This document shows positions 7,424-15,961 of a DNA stretch of 34,812 nucleotides, piece after piece. The position numbers and the translations under genes are program-made. The first letter of the stretch is position 1, and every line of letters starts with the position of its first letter. The notes under the pieces are model-generated. The model did no database searches, was not told where the DNA came from, and worked only from the letters and a program-made list of their open reading frames with translations. This DNA comes from a virus (taxonomy: Duplodnaviria; Caudoviricetes): positions 1-34,812 of IMG/VR virus record IMGVR_UViG_3300021476_000017. One strand, 5' to 3'.

Positions 7424-8320
7424 ATGGGAAACAATAAGGCAAATATTATATTAGATGCTTCTAAAATAGATTTATTTGAAACCTGCCCAAAAAGATATTT
7501 CTTTAGACATATAAGAAATAAAACTCTTCCAGTACTCTATAGAAGCAAGTCTTTAGACTTGGGTGGATTAGCACACGAAGGATTAGCTGTATATTACCAG
7601 TTGCTAGCAGAAGGCTTACACTTTGCAGACAGAGTGCAGCGATGTCTAATGAAAATACGTGCGATTAGTTGTGATGTGACTCAATCAAACTCAGAACCGG
7701 AAGAAGTTGAAACTCTACTCAGAGCAATAGAAGAAAATTTAGACTTCTGGAGAGCTGAGGACGAGAATAATATAGAAGTTCTAGCCGTTGAGCAGTCATT
7801 CGCCTATACGCTTTACGAAGATGATGATGTACGGATATTGCTTAGCGGCAAGATAGATTTACTCACGAACTATAGAGGATTAGGAAGAGGAGCAGATTAT
7901 TCTAATCTTCCATTTGATCATAAAACCTTCTCTCGTGATTCAGTGCTTTATCGGAAGTCAAATCAATTCATCAATTATTCTAGCGCAGTCAGTAGCAATT
8001 ATATCGTCATCAATCGTATCGGTCTTCAGAAGTCTTTACGTCCTGACGAGCGTTTTAAGCGAGTCACTCTATCGTATGATCCAATTTACATTCAAGATTG
8101 GAAGGATAATCTTGTAAAAGAAATTCTTAATGAATATCTAATTTGTGTTGCCGAACAATCATGGCCTGAAAAACCAACGAGTTGCAATAAGTTTAATAGA
8201 CTTTGTGAATATTATGATGTTTGTGATAGTTCTGGTCAAGATTCCAAGGATAGAAAATTAGAAACAGATTATGTCGATGCGGAGGAATGGGATGTTACAA
8301 AAGGATTAAGGGTAGAATAA
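7424..8320 (+). CDS. PD-(D/E)XK Cas4/RecB-like exonuclease
   Basis: SKIDLFETCPKRYFF, GGLAHEGL, E...GKIDLL, DHKT and a C-terminal Cys cluster CNKFNRLCEYYDVC; start at 7424 after GAGGA (track start 7391). Confidence 0.88.
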   Translation: MGNNKANIILDASKIDLFETCPKRYFFRHIRNKTLPVLYRSKSLDLGGLAHEGLAVYYQLLAEGLHFADRVQRCLMKIRAISCDVTQSNSEPEEVETLLRAIEENLDFWRAEDENNIEVLAVEQSFAYTLYEDDDVRILLSGKIDLLTNYRGLGRGADYSNLPFDHKTFSRDSVLYRKSNQFINYSSAVSSNYIVINRIGLQKSLRPDERFKRVTLSYDPIYIQDWKDNLVKEILNEYLICVAEQSWPEKPTSCNKFNRLCEYYDVCDSSGQDSKDRKLETDYVDAEEWDVTKGLRVE

Positions 8321-8472
8321 TGATTAGAATTATTTTAGAAGTTATTAGTATTACTTTTAACTTATTGTTAATTTGGAGTAATCTATCTTTAGGATTTAAG
8401 AATAATCTTCTTAGAGAAAGAGCAGAGTTCTACAGAAACTTACTGAAAGAACAAGATGCTATCAAACATTAA
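8320..8472 (+). CDS. small membrane-anchored protein (50 aa)
   Basis: TAATG coupling; hydrophobic N-terminus MIRIILEVISITFNLLLIW. Confidence 0.55.
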   Translation: MIRIILEVISITFNLLLIWSNLSLGFKNNLLRERAEFYRNLLKEQDAIKH

Positions 8473-8479
8473 GCAAGAC

Positions 8480-8650
8480 TTCATTATTAACTTAGCCGTT
8501 CTGCCGCCACGTAGGCAATACTGTGAAAGAAGCAGGAAGCCGAAAGCTTATTAGCAGGACAATAGTGCTAGTTGATAATGAATAGACAGGGCCGCTAAGA
8601 CGCACATGCATAAAATAAATGCTGTCGCTAACGGCTCTGTCGCCTTTTCT
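8480..8650 (+). ncRNA. structured intergenic RNA of unknown class
   Basis: Long closing stem 8480-8582 enclosing a three-hairpin junction, then a second hairpin 8585-8641 and a pyrimidine run. Confidence 0.55.
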
Positions 8651-8683
8651 TTCGAAGTTAATTCATAATCTAAAAGGCAGAAG

Positions 8684-9034
8684 ATGAGGGCAGAAAAACA
8701 CATTCATCAATTAAGGAGACATAGTTTTAAATCTGGTAATGTAATATTCTTTTGTACTCTACCAGATTGTAACTTCAAAAGCAAGGTAGCCTTTCTTTTA
8801 GGCAAGAGGTCTATCTGTAATCGATGTGGTAAATCCTTTATCATGAGTGAATATAGTCTCAGGCTAGCTAAACCTCATTGTGATGCTTGTCATCAGCCTA
8901 AAGTTGAGAAAATTATTGAGGACGGTCTGGAAATGACTGCAACAACTAGAGAATTAACATTAGCAGAAAAACTAACTCGAACCATTCAACAAGCGAGAGA
9001 AAAACAACAACAAAATGAAGAGGAGGAAATGTAA
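8684..9034 (+). CDS. zinc-finger protein
   Basis: HxH, CTLPDC, CNRC and HCDAC motifs. Confidence 0.75.
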   Translation: MRAEKHIHQLRRHSFKSGNVIFFCTLPDCNFKSKVAFLLGKRSICNRCGKSFIMSEYSLRLAKPHCDACHQPKVEKIIEDGLEMTATTRELTLAEKLTRTIQQAREKQQQNEEEEM

Positions 9035-9210
9035 TGATGTTTTTTGAAGATTATGAAAGACCATTAAATATAGATGACGATGATGAAGATGAAAACGATG
9101 ATGATGCAGATGACGATGATGAAGATGAAAGCGATGATGATGAAAATAAAGATAATGATAAAGAGAATGATATTGACGAGAAGCTAAAAAAGGTTCCTTA
9201 CATTCTATGA
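9034..9210 (+). CDS. 58-aa hyper-acidic protein (absent from the ORF track)
   Basis: MMFFEDYERPLNIDDDDEDENDDDADDDDEDESDDDENKDNDKENDIDEKLKKVPYIL; GAGGAGG RBS; TAATG and ATGA overlaps at the two ends. Confidence 0.75.
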   Translation: MMFFEDYERPLNIDDDDEDENDDDADDDDEDESDDDENKDNDKENDIDEKLKKVPYIL

Positions 9211-10067
9211 AAGCTTCTGCTTTAACACCCGATAAAAATATATCTTTTTTATTTAAATCCTCACCTGGATTTGGTAAGACTCTAGCCGCTGCGAGTTTTG
9301 CATTAGAAGGTCCAGTATATCTATCCTATTGGGATAAATCTAAACCTATTGAGCTGCTAACCTTCTTCACTGAAAAAAGATTTGGTAGTGATGCCAAGAA
9401 AATACTAGACAACATAGAATATGATGTTTATAGCAGCCTCAATGCACATGAATACTTGAACAAACTAATTGATCTAACAAAAGATTGTCGCTATTTCGCT
9501 ATGATAAATGATTCAGTCACAAATATGACAGCGGCTTGTGTTAATTGGTCACTCAATTTTGGAAAAACATCCAATGAGAAAAAGAAAATTAAAGATGTTC
9601 TTCCGGATTGGGATGAGTATAAAGTTGAGACAAGTCTAGTTAGCCAGTGTATTGACATCTCTCGAAAGCTTCCATGTCATATGATATGGACTGCGCATCC
9701 TTTGAGTTCAGTTAGTTTGTCTGGTAGTGGAAATTCTATGAAAGTAACAAGAACTAATCCCATAGTTAGTTATGGTTCTAAAGTGGCTAGTATGATACCT
9801 GGTTCATTTACAGAGATATATCATTTTAGTCAGATGTCTAATTGGACAGATGGTAAATCCTCTAAGAGATATATAGTGAATACCGAAGCTATTGGAGATG
9901 AATATGCTAAGAGTCCATTGCTAGCTGACTATGTGAAGGAATTTGATATCACAGATAAATTATTCTATCAAGTATGGAAGGAGTTAATAGATAAAAGTAG
10001 AGGAATAGAACCTATCAACAATCATTTCACAAAACAAACAACACAAGAAAAAGAGTGGAGAACCTAA
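9207..10067 (+). CDS. Sak4-like / AAA_24 P-loop ATPase (phage recombinase)
   Basis: SSPGFGKT Walker A, INDSVT Walker B, WTAH motif; lies between an exonuclease and an SSB. Confidence 0.8.
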   Translation: MKASALTPDKNISFLFKSSPGFGKTLAAASFALEGPVYLSYWDKSKPIELLTFFTEKRFGSDAKKILDNIEYDVYSSLNAHEYLNKLIDLTKDCRYFAMINDSVTNMTAACVNWSLNFGKTSNEKKKIKDVLPDWDEYKVETSLVSQCIDISRKLPCHMIWTAHPLSSVSLSGSGNSMKVTRTNPIVSYGSKVASMIPGSFTEIYHFSQMSNWTDGKSSKRYIVNTEAIGDEYAKSPLLADYVKEFDITDKLFYQVWKELIDKSRGIEPINNHFTKQTTQEKEWRT

Positions 10068-10068
10068 A

Positions 10069-10461
10069 ATGAGAGCAATCCTCAGCCCAGATGACCTAAA
10101 ATCAGGAGATTTACTTGACCCAACCTGGTATCCAGTAGAAATCACTGATTACGAAGAGAAGGATGCAGAGACTGACGGTTCAACTAACTGCATCTTTACA
10201 TTCTCTATCCTTGATGGACAAAATAAAGGAACTACAGTAACTAAGCTAGTAAATGAGAAGCCAAAGGCTCTCGGACATCGTTCTATTCGTCCATTTTGGG
10301 AAGCATTGAAAATCCCGAAGAGAACTGATGGTGGATACGAATTCTCTACTGACTTGTTTAAACAATCCATTGGTCGTAAGTTGATGATTTATATCAAGCG
10401 TGGAAAGTCTAACAAAGGTAATGAATTTAATGATGTGACTGATTTCAAGCCGCTAACGTAA
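10069..10461 (+). CDS. single-stranded DNA-binding protein (DUF669-like)
   Basis: LLDPTWYPVEI...F.ILDG..KG...IGRKL...FNDVTDF pattern; directly follows the Sak4-like gene. Confidence 0.7.
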   Translation: MRAILSPDDLKSGDLLDPTWYPVEITDYEEKDAETDGSTNCIFTFSILDGQNKGTTVTKLVNEKPKALGHRSIRPFWEALKIPKRTDGGYEFSTDLFKQSIGRKLMIYIKRGKSNKGNEFNDVTDFKPLT

Positions 10462-10513
10462 TATTGAAATGACTGATAATGTTAGCACGTAACAAGTAAA
10501 GAAAAGTCATCTA

Positions 10514-10552
10514 GCCGTTCTGGACTATAACTAGAGCGGCTCTTTCTCTTTC
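10514..10552 (+). terminator. hairpin, possible terminator after the SSB gene
   Basis: AGCCGTTCTGG / CTAGAGCGGCT stem followed by CTTTCTCTTT. Confidence 0.5.
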
Positions 10553-10605
10553 AAAAGAGTGAGATAAGCAGGAATGAATCTCTTTAGAATTTAGAAAAGA
10601 AGGCT

Positions 10606-10869
10606 ATGAAAAAGAATCAGAAATGGATAGAGAGAGCAAAAGAGACATACCATTTCCATAAAACCAAGAAATTAGTTGATAGCGAATGGGATACACGTAA
10701 AACAGCTAAGACTCTTCGTCGTAGTCATGGAAGTGTTTGTCAAGATCTAATGATAGCAAGATGGTTAAAGACTCATTCTAATCAGATTGAAAGATTTGAT
10801 TATATGTATGAGGCTTTAGAGTTTATTCGTAAAAAAGAAAAAGAAGCCGAATTGAGTGATATTGAATGA
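10606..10869 (+). CDS. helix-turn-helix DNA-binding protein (ParB/Spo0J-HTH-like)
   Basis: WDTRKTAKTLRRSHGSVCQDLMIA resembles a W..TA..L..S...VS.DL.LA HTH. Confidence 0.55.
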   Translation: MKKNQKWIERAKETYHFHKTKKLVDSEWDTRKTAKTLRRSHGSVCQDLMIARWLKTHSNQIERFDYMYEALEFIRKKEKEAELSDIE

Positions 10870-10942
10870 GATTTATTAAATCAGAACATAGTTTATCTGT
10901 AGGACGTACTATGCACAACGTAATATTAAATGATATAGACTA

Positions 10943-13435
10943 ATGAGTAACAACCGTTATGTTCCGGGAGTAGGCTCACTCTCCCCCAAACTATTAATTA
11001 TAGGAGAAGCACCCGGAAAGCATGAAGATGAGCAAGGCATTCCGTTTGTAGGACCATCAGGTAAGATTTTAGATGCCTGTTTGGAAAAGGCGGGAATTAA
11101 ACGAGGTGAATGCTATATAACTAACGTATGCAAATATCGTCCTCCATTAAATGATTTGAAGAAGCTTCACTTAATAGGTGTTAATATCGAAGATGAAATT
11201 AGAAATCTCTGGGAAAATGAAATTAATGTCTTACGTCCTAATTGTATACTAGCCGTTGGTGATGTCGCTCTTCAAGCAACAGTTGGAGTCTGTGGAATAC
11301 TCAATTATAGAGGAAGTATATTAACTTCTAAGAATGGAGTCCAGAAAGTTATTCCAACAATACATCCTGCCGCTTTGTTCTCTCGTGCCGCTACGGACGA
11401 TGAAGACTCTAAGGGTGGATTATCGTGGGTGTGGTTAAAAGTAATTGAGGCAGATATACGCCGAGCGGCTGAAGAAAGTTTCACTTCTGACATTAAACTG
11501 CCTGAAAGGAATTTACAAATATGTCACAATTCCTTAGATCTATATAGATTCTTCAGAGAGTATGAAAAAAGAGATGTTGCTAGTGTTGATATTGAGTCTA
11601 TTAATTGCGTTCCTGTATGTGTTGGTTTTGCTTTCAACAAAGTACATGCCATTTCTATTTCTTTGTTACGTAATATTGGTCCTCATAAACTTACTGATAT
11701 GGGCGATAACGAGCTTGATGAATGTTGGAGGATGATTGATGAGCAACTCAGAAGAGTTAGAATCATTGGACACAATTTCATGTACGATGAGTATAAACTT
11801 GGACTTATCGGATTTGAATGCCCTAGAGTCTACTCTGACACACTTATTAAGACTAGAGTTATCTTTCCTGAGCTTCCAGATAAGAGACTTCTCACTGTTA
11901 GCTCATTATGGACAAGAGAACCATACTATAAAGATGATGGAAAAGAATTTAAACTCGGTAAAGTTAAATTTGATCAATTTCTTATTTACAATGCTAGAGA
12001 TTGTGCTGTCGAATTTGAAGTAGATGAAGAACAAGAAAAAGATTTAATTCAACTAGCTGAAACCTATAACGTGCCACTAAGAGAGTATTACTATAACTAC
12101 ATGATGAAGAAACATAAATTCTATTTAAAGCTACAAAATACTGGTAAGAGAGTTGATTTTGCTAGACAACGCGAGCTGATGAAGAAATATACTGAAATGG
12201 CTCATGAGGTTCATAATAGACTTACTGAAGCTATAGGACAGGATATGAATGTAAAATCCTATCCTCAAATATTTGAATTACTATATAAGATTATGAAGTT
12301 TAAGCTTCGTAAAAGGAATCCTACTAGTGAGGATTCTATAGTTGCATTAATGAGTAATTGTAAGGATAGAGTTAAAAAGGAGATTTTAAAAAATGTCCTT
12401 GAAGAACGTCGAATTAGAGATCAAAAATCTCGACAAATCTCTTTCTCGCCTGACTATGATGGCAGATGCAAATCAGCTTACAACATTTCAGCTACTGAAA
12501 CTTGTCGCTCATCTACAGGCATTCTTAAAAAACCTTTGCGACCAAAAAAAATTGGACTTGCAGACCATACAATTTCTGCTCACGGGAGATTGGCCAAAGA
12601 TATCAAGTCTATGTTCATCGCTGATGAAGGCAAAGTTATAATAGCCGCTGATGCATCACAAGCTGAAGCACGGATTGTAGCAGTATTAAGTGAAGATTGG
12701 GAATTATTGAAAGCTTTTGATTTGATCGATATTCACCGAAGAACGGCAGGATTAATTTTTGGTTTTACTTCTAATCTTAATTTAGGTTTGGATGAAATTC
12801 CAAATGTAGACTTAATGTCTAAGGACTGCCCGGAGCGTTTCACGGGCAAGAAAGTTAGACATGCTGGTAATTATGATATGAAGGAGAGAAGATTTAGAAC
12901 TGAATTTAATACGGATGCTCAAAAGTTTGGAATTAATATGGATATATCTGAGTGGAGAGCTAAACAAATGCTGGAGATATTTCATGCCGCTAGCCCTAAG
13001 TTACGTTCAGTATTCCATAAACAAATACAGGAAGCTTTAGACAACACTAGGGTATTAATTGACCCATATGGAGGAGTAAGAGTATTTAATGGTAGATCTG
13101 ATGAAATATATGGAGAGGGTTATGCAAACATTCCACAAAGAACAGTTGCTCATCTTGTGCAGGGAGCAGCTTTAAAAATTGATGAAGAACTTCAAGATGA
13201 CGAAGGAAATGTTCTCTTTTTGGAGGAGAAACATGATGCTATTTGTATTGAAGTTCCAATTAATAATTGGAAACCATATGCTAGATTGATGAAGAAGCAC
13301 ATGGAGTGCCCAATTAATTTCAGGACCTACTGTACATTAAAACGTGATATCGATTTGGTTATTCCGTGCGAAATAGATATATCATATACTAACTTTTCTG
13401 AGTTCAAGAAAGTTGAGGCAAGCGAAATTGAATAG
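10943..13435 (+). CDS. polA: family A DNA polymerase with an N-terminal family-4 uracil-DNA glycosylase-like domain and a 3'-5' exonuclease
   Basis: UDG: GEAPG.HED..G.PFVGPSG, TNVCKYRPP, IHPAA. Exo: DIES, HNFMYD, YNARD. Pol: motif A ADASQAEARI, motif B KKVRHAGNY, motif C HDA. Confidence 0.93.
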   Translation: MSNNRYVPGVGSLSPKLLIIGEAPGKHEDEQGIPFVGPSGKILDACLEKAGIKRGECYITNVCKYRPPLNDLKKLHLIGVNIEDEIRNLWENEINVLRPNCILAVGDVALQATVGVCGILNYRGSILTSKNGVQKVIPTIHPAALFSRAATDDEDSKGGLSWVWLKVIEADIRRAAEESFTSDIKLPERNLQICHNSLDLYRFFREYEKRDVASVDIESINCVPVCVGFAFNKVHAISISLLRNIGPHKLTDMGDNELDECWRMIDEQLRRVRIIGHNFMYDEYKLGLIGFECPRVYSDTLIKTRVIFPELPDKRLLTVSSLWTREPYYKDDGKEFKLGKVKFDQFLIYNARDCAVEFEVDEEQEKDLIQLAETYNVPLREYYYNYMMKKHKFYLKLQNTGKRVDFARQRELMKKYTEMAHEVHNRLTEAIGQDMNVKSYPQIFELLYKIMKFKLRKRNPTSEDSIVALMSNCKDRVKKEILKNVLEERRIRDQKSRQISFSPDYDGRCKSAYNISATETCRSSTGILKKPLRPKKIGLADHTISAHGRLAKDIKSMFIADEGKVIIAADASQAEARIVAVLSEDWELLKAFDLIDIHRRTAGLIFGFTSNLNLGLDEIPNVDLMSKDCPERFTGKKVRHAGNYDMKERRFRTEFNTDAQKFGINMDISEWRAKQMLEIFHAASPKLRSVFHKQIQEALDNTRVLIDPYGGVRVFNGRSDEIYGEGYANIPQRTVAHLVQGAALKIDEELQDDEGNVLFLEEKHDAICIEVPINNWKPYARLMKKHMECPINFRTYCTLKRDIDLVIPCEIDISYTNFSEFKKVEASEIE

Positions 13436-13447
13436 GATAAATAAATC

Positions 13448-13663
13448 ATGACCAAGATTTGTTTAATCGCTGAAACTGCTGATGAAGCAAGAAGATGGGC
13501 TAATAGTCAAAATTTATCATCTGAACAATATTTCTATGCTAGAAATGTAATTGACGTAATTACTAAGAATAACTTTCATGTAATCGCTCTTGGCATTCCA
13601 TCTTCTCATTTTGAGAGACTTTATGAATTAGCTCTTGTAAGAGGCAAAATTGGAAGAATATGA
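13448..13663 (+). CDS. hypothetical protein
   Basis: 71 aa; AGGA RBS; operon spacing. Confidence 0.7.
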   Translation: MTKICLIAETADEARRWANSQNLSSEQYFYARNVIDVITKNNFHVIALGIPSSHFERLYELALVRGKIGRI

Positions 13664-13929
13664 AAGATAAAAATTGGGTTATATCATTTCCTAAAATAAT
13701 AAATTCAAATGGATGCTGGATACCATCTGATAGGGCTCCTAAACCTGGTGGAGGATATTGCTCTATAATGGTAGATAGGAAAAGTTACCAGTTGCATAGA
13801 TTAGTTATATCAATAATACATAATTTAGATTATAATAACCCATTATGGGAAGCTAGACATGGAATATATTGTGTTCCATCTTGTTTTAATAGAGTTAGGA
13901 ATGAGTGGAGAAGAAAACGTAATGGATAG
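13660..13929 (+). pseudogene. truncated HNH homing endonuclease
   Basis: GCWIP, GY, HRLV and RH...C..PSCFN are present, but the sequence diverges before the PxHL and final N motifs. Confidence 0.6.
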
Positions 13930-14083
13930 TTCTAAGATTGCCATAGAATTATCTATAAGAGAAGCTACAGTAATAACTCATGCTCTACAGACTTCATCTC
14001 CTAGAAAAGATGATGAATTAATAGCATATGGCCTATATGCTAAAATTACACGGTTAATTGAAGAAAAGAAGAGAGCCTCATGA
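13922..14083 (+). CDS. hypothetical protein (53 aa)
   Basis: GGAG upstream of ATG 13922 (track start 13859); abuts the next gene. Confidence 0.55.
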   Translation: MDSSKIAIELSIREATVITHALQTSSPRKDDELIAYGLYAKITRLIEEKKRAS

Positions 14084-15328
14084 ATGAGCTTTTCGTGGAT
14101 AGAAGATTTAGTCAATGAATACCGCGATGTAGAAACACCAGAGAGCTGGATATATTGGTCTTTAATGTGTTGTATAAGTGCGGCAGCCGCTAACGCATAT
14201 ACACTGATTTCATTCAAAGGTAATCATGTTTATTATCCAAATATTTATGTTATTCTCATGGGTGAGAGTGGTTTGGGTAAGGGATTTCCAGTTTCTCTGG
14301 CTGAGAAATTAGTTAGAGCATCAGATTGTACAAGAGTTATCGCTGGAAGAAGCTCTATTCAAGCTATTATTAAAGAAGGAGCTACTACTAGAACAAAGCA
14401 AGACAAAAAGCTCATTACAGACAGTAGGATGTTTGTTGTAAATGGTGAGTTATCAACGGCTATCATTGCTGACCCTGATAGCTTAACAATATTGACTGAT
14501 TTATTTGATAGAAATTACAGACAAGAGTGGACGAATATGTTGAAAGGAGATGGTCATGAAAAACTCAAAGAGCCATATATCACTTGTTTATTCGGGTCTT
14601 CCCCTGCTCACTTTTACGCAAAAATCCCTCAAGATAACATTGAGGGTGGCTATATTGGAAGGAACCTTGTTATCTATGAAGAAGAAAGAGCGAGATATGT
14701 TGATCCGATTGATTCGGAAGAAGAAGCCTTCGATAAAGATAGATTTACGAATTATATAATTCCTAAGTTTGTTCCTCATTTGATAAAAATAGCCGCTAAT
14801 AAGGAACGAATGCGTTTTGAAGAATCGGCAAGAGTTAGATATAATGCCTGGAGAAGAGAGTGGAGAGATAATCAAGCTCAATATAAAGATAGAACTGGAT
14901 TTGTAAATCGTGTTCCAGATCATGTGTTGAAAACGGCTATGCTATTAACTTTAGGACGATATGAAAATAATACGGTAATTCCATTATGTGATGTGAATGA
15001 AGCAATCATTAAGATAACCAATCTCATTTACGCTAGTGCTAAAGCCGCTGAAGGCGGAGGACTTGACCCCTTAGCGGCTCAAACAAAAAAAGTTGTAGAC
15101 TTTCTAATTTCTGCTCCTGATAATAGTTTACTACGAAGAGAGCTTCTAATAAGAGGATATGGAGATTATGATACAGTAATATTAGATAAGATATTAGATA
15201 CTCTAATTGAGATGAAATGGGTTAAGAGAGAAAGGATAGGAGTAGGAAAGAATATTGATTATCAATATTTTCTCAGTGGGGAACCAAAAGAGTCTCTTAT
15301 GAAATTCAGAATGAGGAACAAGGAATGA
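14084..15328 (+). CDS. DUF3987 (YfjI-like) P-loop protein, putative replicative helicase
   Basis: ETPES.I.WS, YPNIYVILMGESGLGKG Walker A, degenerate Walker B (VVNGE), GGYIGR, HVLKTAM, C-terminal winged-helix-like segment. Confidence 0.8.
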   Translation: MSFSWIEDLVNEYRDVETPESWIYWSLMCCISAAAANAYTLISFKGNHVYYPNIYVILMGESGLGKGFPVSLAEKLVRASDCTRVIAGRSSIQAIIKEGATTRTKQDKKLITDSRMFVVNGELSTAIIADPDSLTILTDLFDRNYRQEWTNMLKGDGHEKLKEPYITCLFGSSPAHFYAKIPQDNIEGGYIGRNLVIYEEERARYVDPIDSEEEAFDKDRFTNYIIPKFVPHLIKIAANKERMRFEESARVRYNAWRREWRDNQAQYKDRTGFVNRVPDHVLKTAMLLTLGRYENNTVIPLCDVNEAIIKITNLIYASAKAAEGGGLDPLAAQTKKVVDFLISAPDNSLLRRELLIRGYGDYDTVILDKILDTLIEMKWVKRERIGVGKNIDYQYFLSGEPKESLMKFRMRNKE

Positions 15329-15453
15329 AGTATTTTAGTTCAATTATGAATATAGTTCTAAGTCTACTTATTTTTGCATTAGTATATGAATTAAATTATG
15401 CAACTGAGACAGCTCATAAATGTGTTGAAATTATAACTGGAGGAACGAAATGA
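15325..15453 (+). CDS. 42-aa membrane peptide
   Basis: Hand-translated MKYFSSIMNIVLSLLIFALVYELNYATETAHKCVEIITGGTK; ATGA overlaps at both ends. Confidence 0.5.
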   Translation: MKYFSSIMNIVLSLLIFALVYELNYATETAHKCVEIITGGTK

Positions 15454-15728
15454 GCGGAGTCCTCAGCAAGAATCCTTGGCCTGATGATACAATGAGTGAT
15501 TACTATATAGTTGATGTAATAGGAACAACTTTAGTTAACAAAGCTACTGGAGGCGTTTTGAGCAATCAACCAGGTGATAATCATTGGGAAGAGAGACCTG
15601 CTGGAACGGCTGGAAATTATGAAGTATTCTCTATTAGCGGCAACTTAGCTGTTTATTGTCCACAAGATGGAGCTGGTAAAGCTTATCTTCAGTATTATTT
15701 CTATTTACCTGATGTGCCAAATCTATGA
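15450..15728 (+). CDS. hypothetical protein with a fascin/beta-trefoil-like motif
   Basis: GGAGG RBS; VLSNQPG...ERPAGTAGNYEVF resembles the R...G.WE.F fascin repeat. Confidence 0.55.
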   Translation: MSGVLSKNPWPDDTMSDYYIVDVIGTTLVNKATGGVLSNQPGDNHWEERPAGTAGNYEVFSISGNLAVYCPQDGAGKAYLQYYFYLPDVPNL

Positions 15729-15961
15729 TTAAAGCTCTTGCTGAGAAAGATGGAAGAAAATTATTAATTTTAATCCTTTTTGAGGAAAATCTAGAAAAGT
15801 TAAAAGATGAACAACCTATATTAATTACAGTTGAGCAAATGAAAATAAGTAAAATTATTATTGATGAAATATTCATTTGTTACTTCGAAACTTTTGATAT
15901 TGCTGTCAAATATTTAATGGAACATAAATTACTTGACGGTGCTGATATTAAATATGAGTAA
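15725..15961 (+). CDS. hypothetical protein
   Basis: 78 aa; ATGA overlap. Confidence 0.7.
   Translation: MIKALAEKDGRKLLILILFEENLEKLKDEQPILITVEQMKISKIIIDEIFICYFETFDIAVKYLMEHKLLDGADIKYE

Noticed and set aside
7424-8320. Cas4 as part of a CRISPR-Cas system
   Set aside because: No cas1, cas2 or array; the context is the usual exonuclease-Sak4-SSB recombination module
10514-10590. tRNA gene
   Set aside because: Hairpins are present but there is no GTTCRA T-loop or consistent cloverleaf; I saw no convincing tRNA in the window
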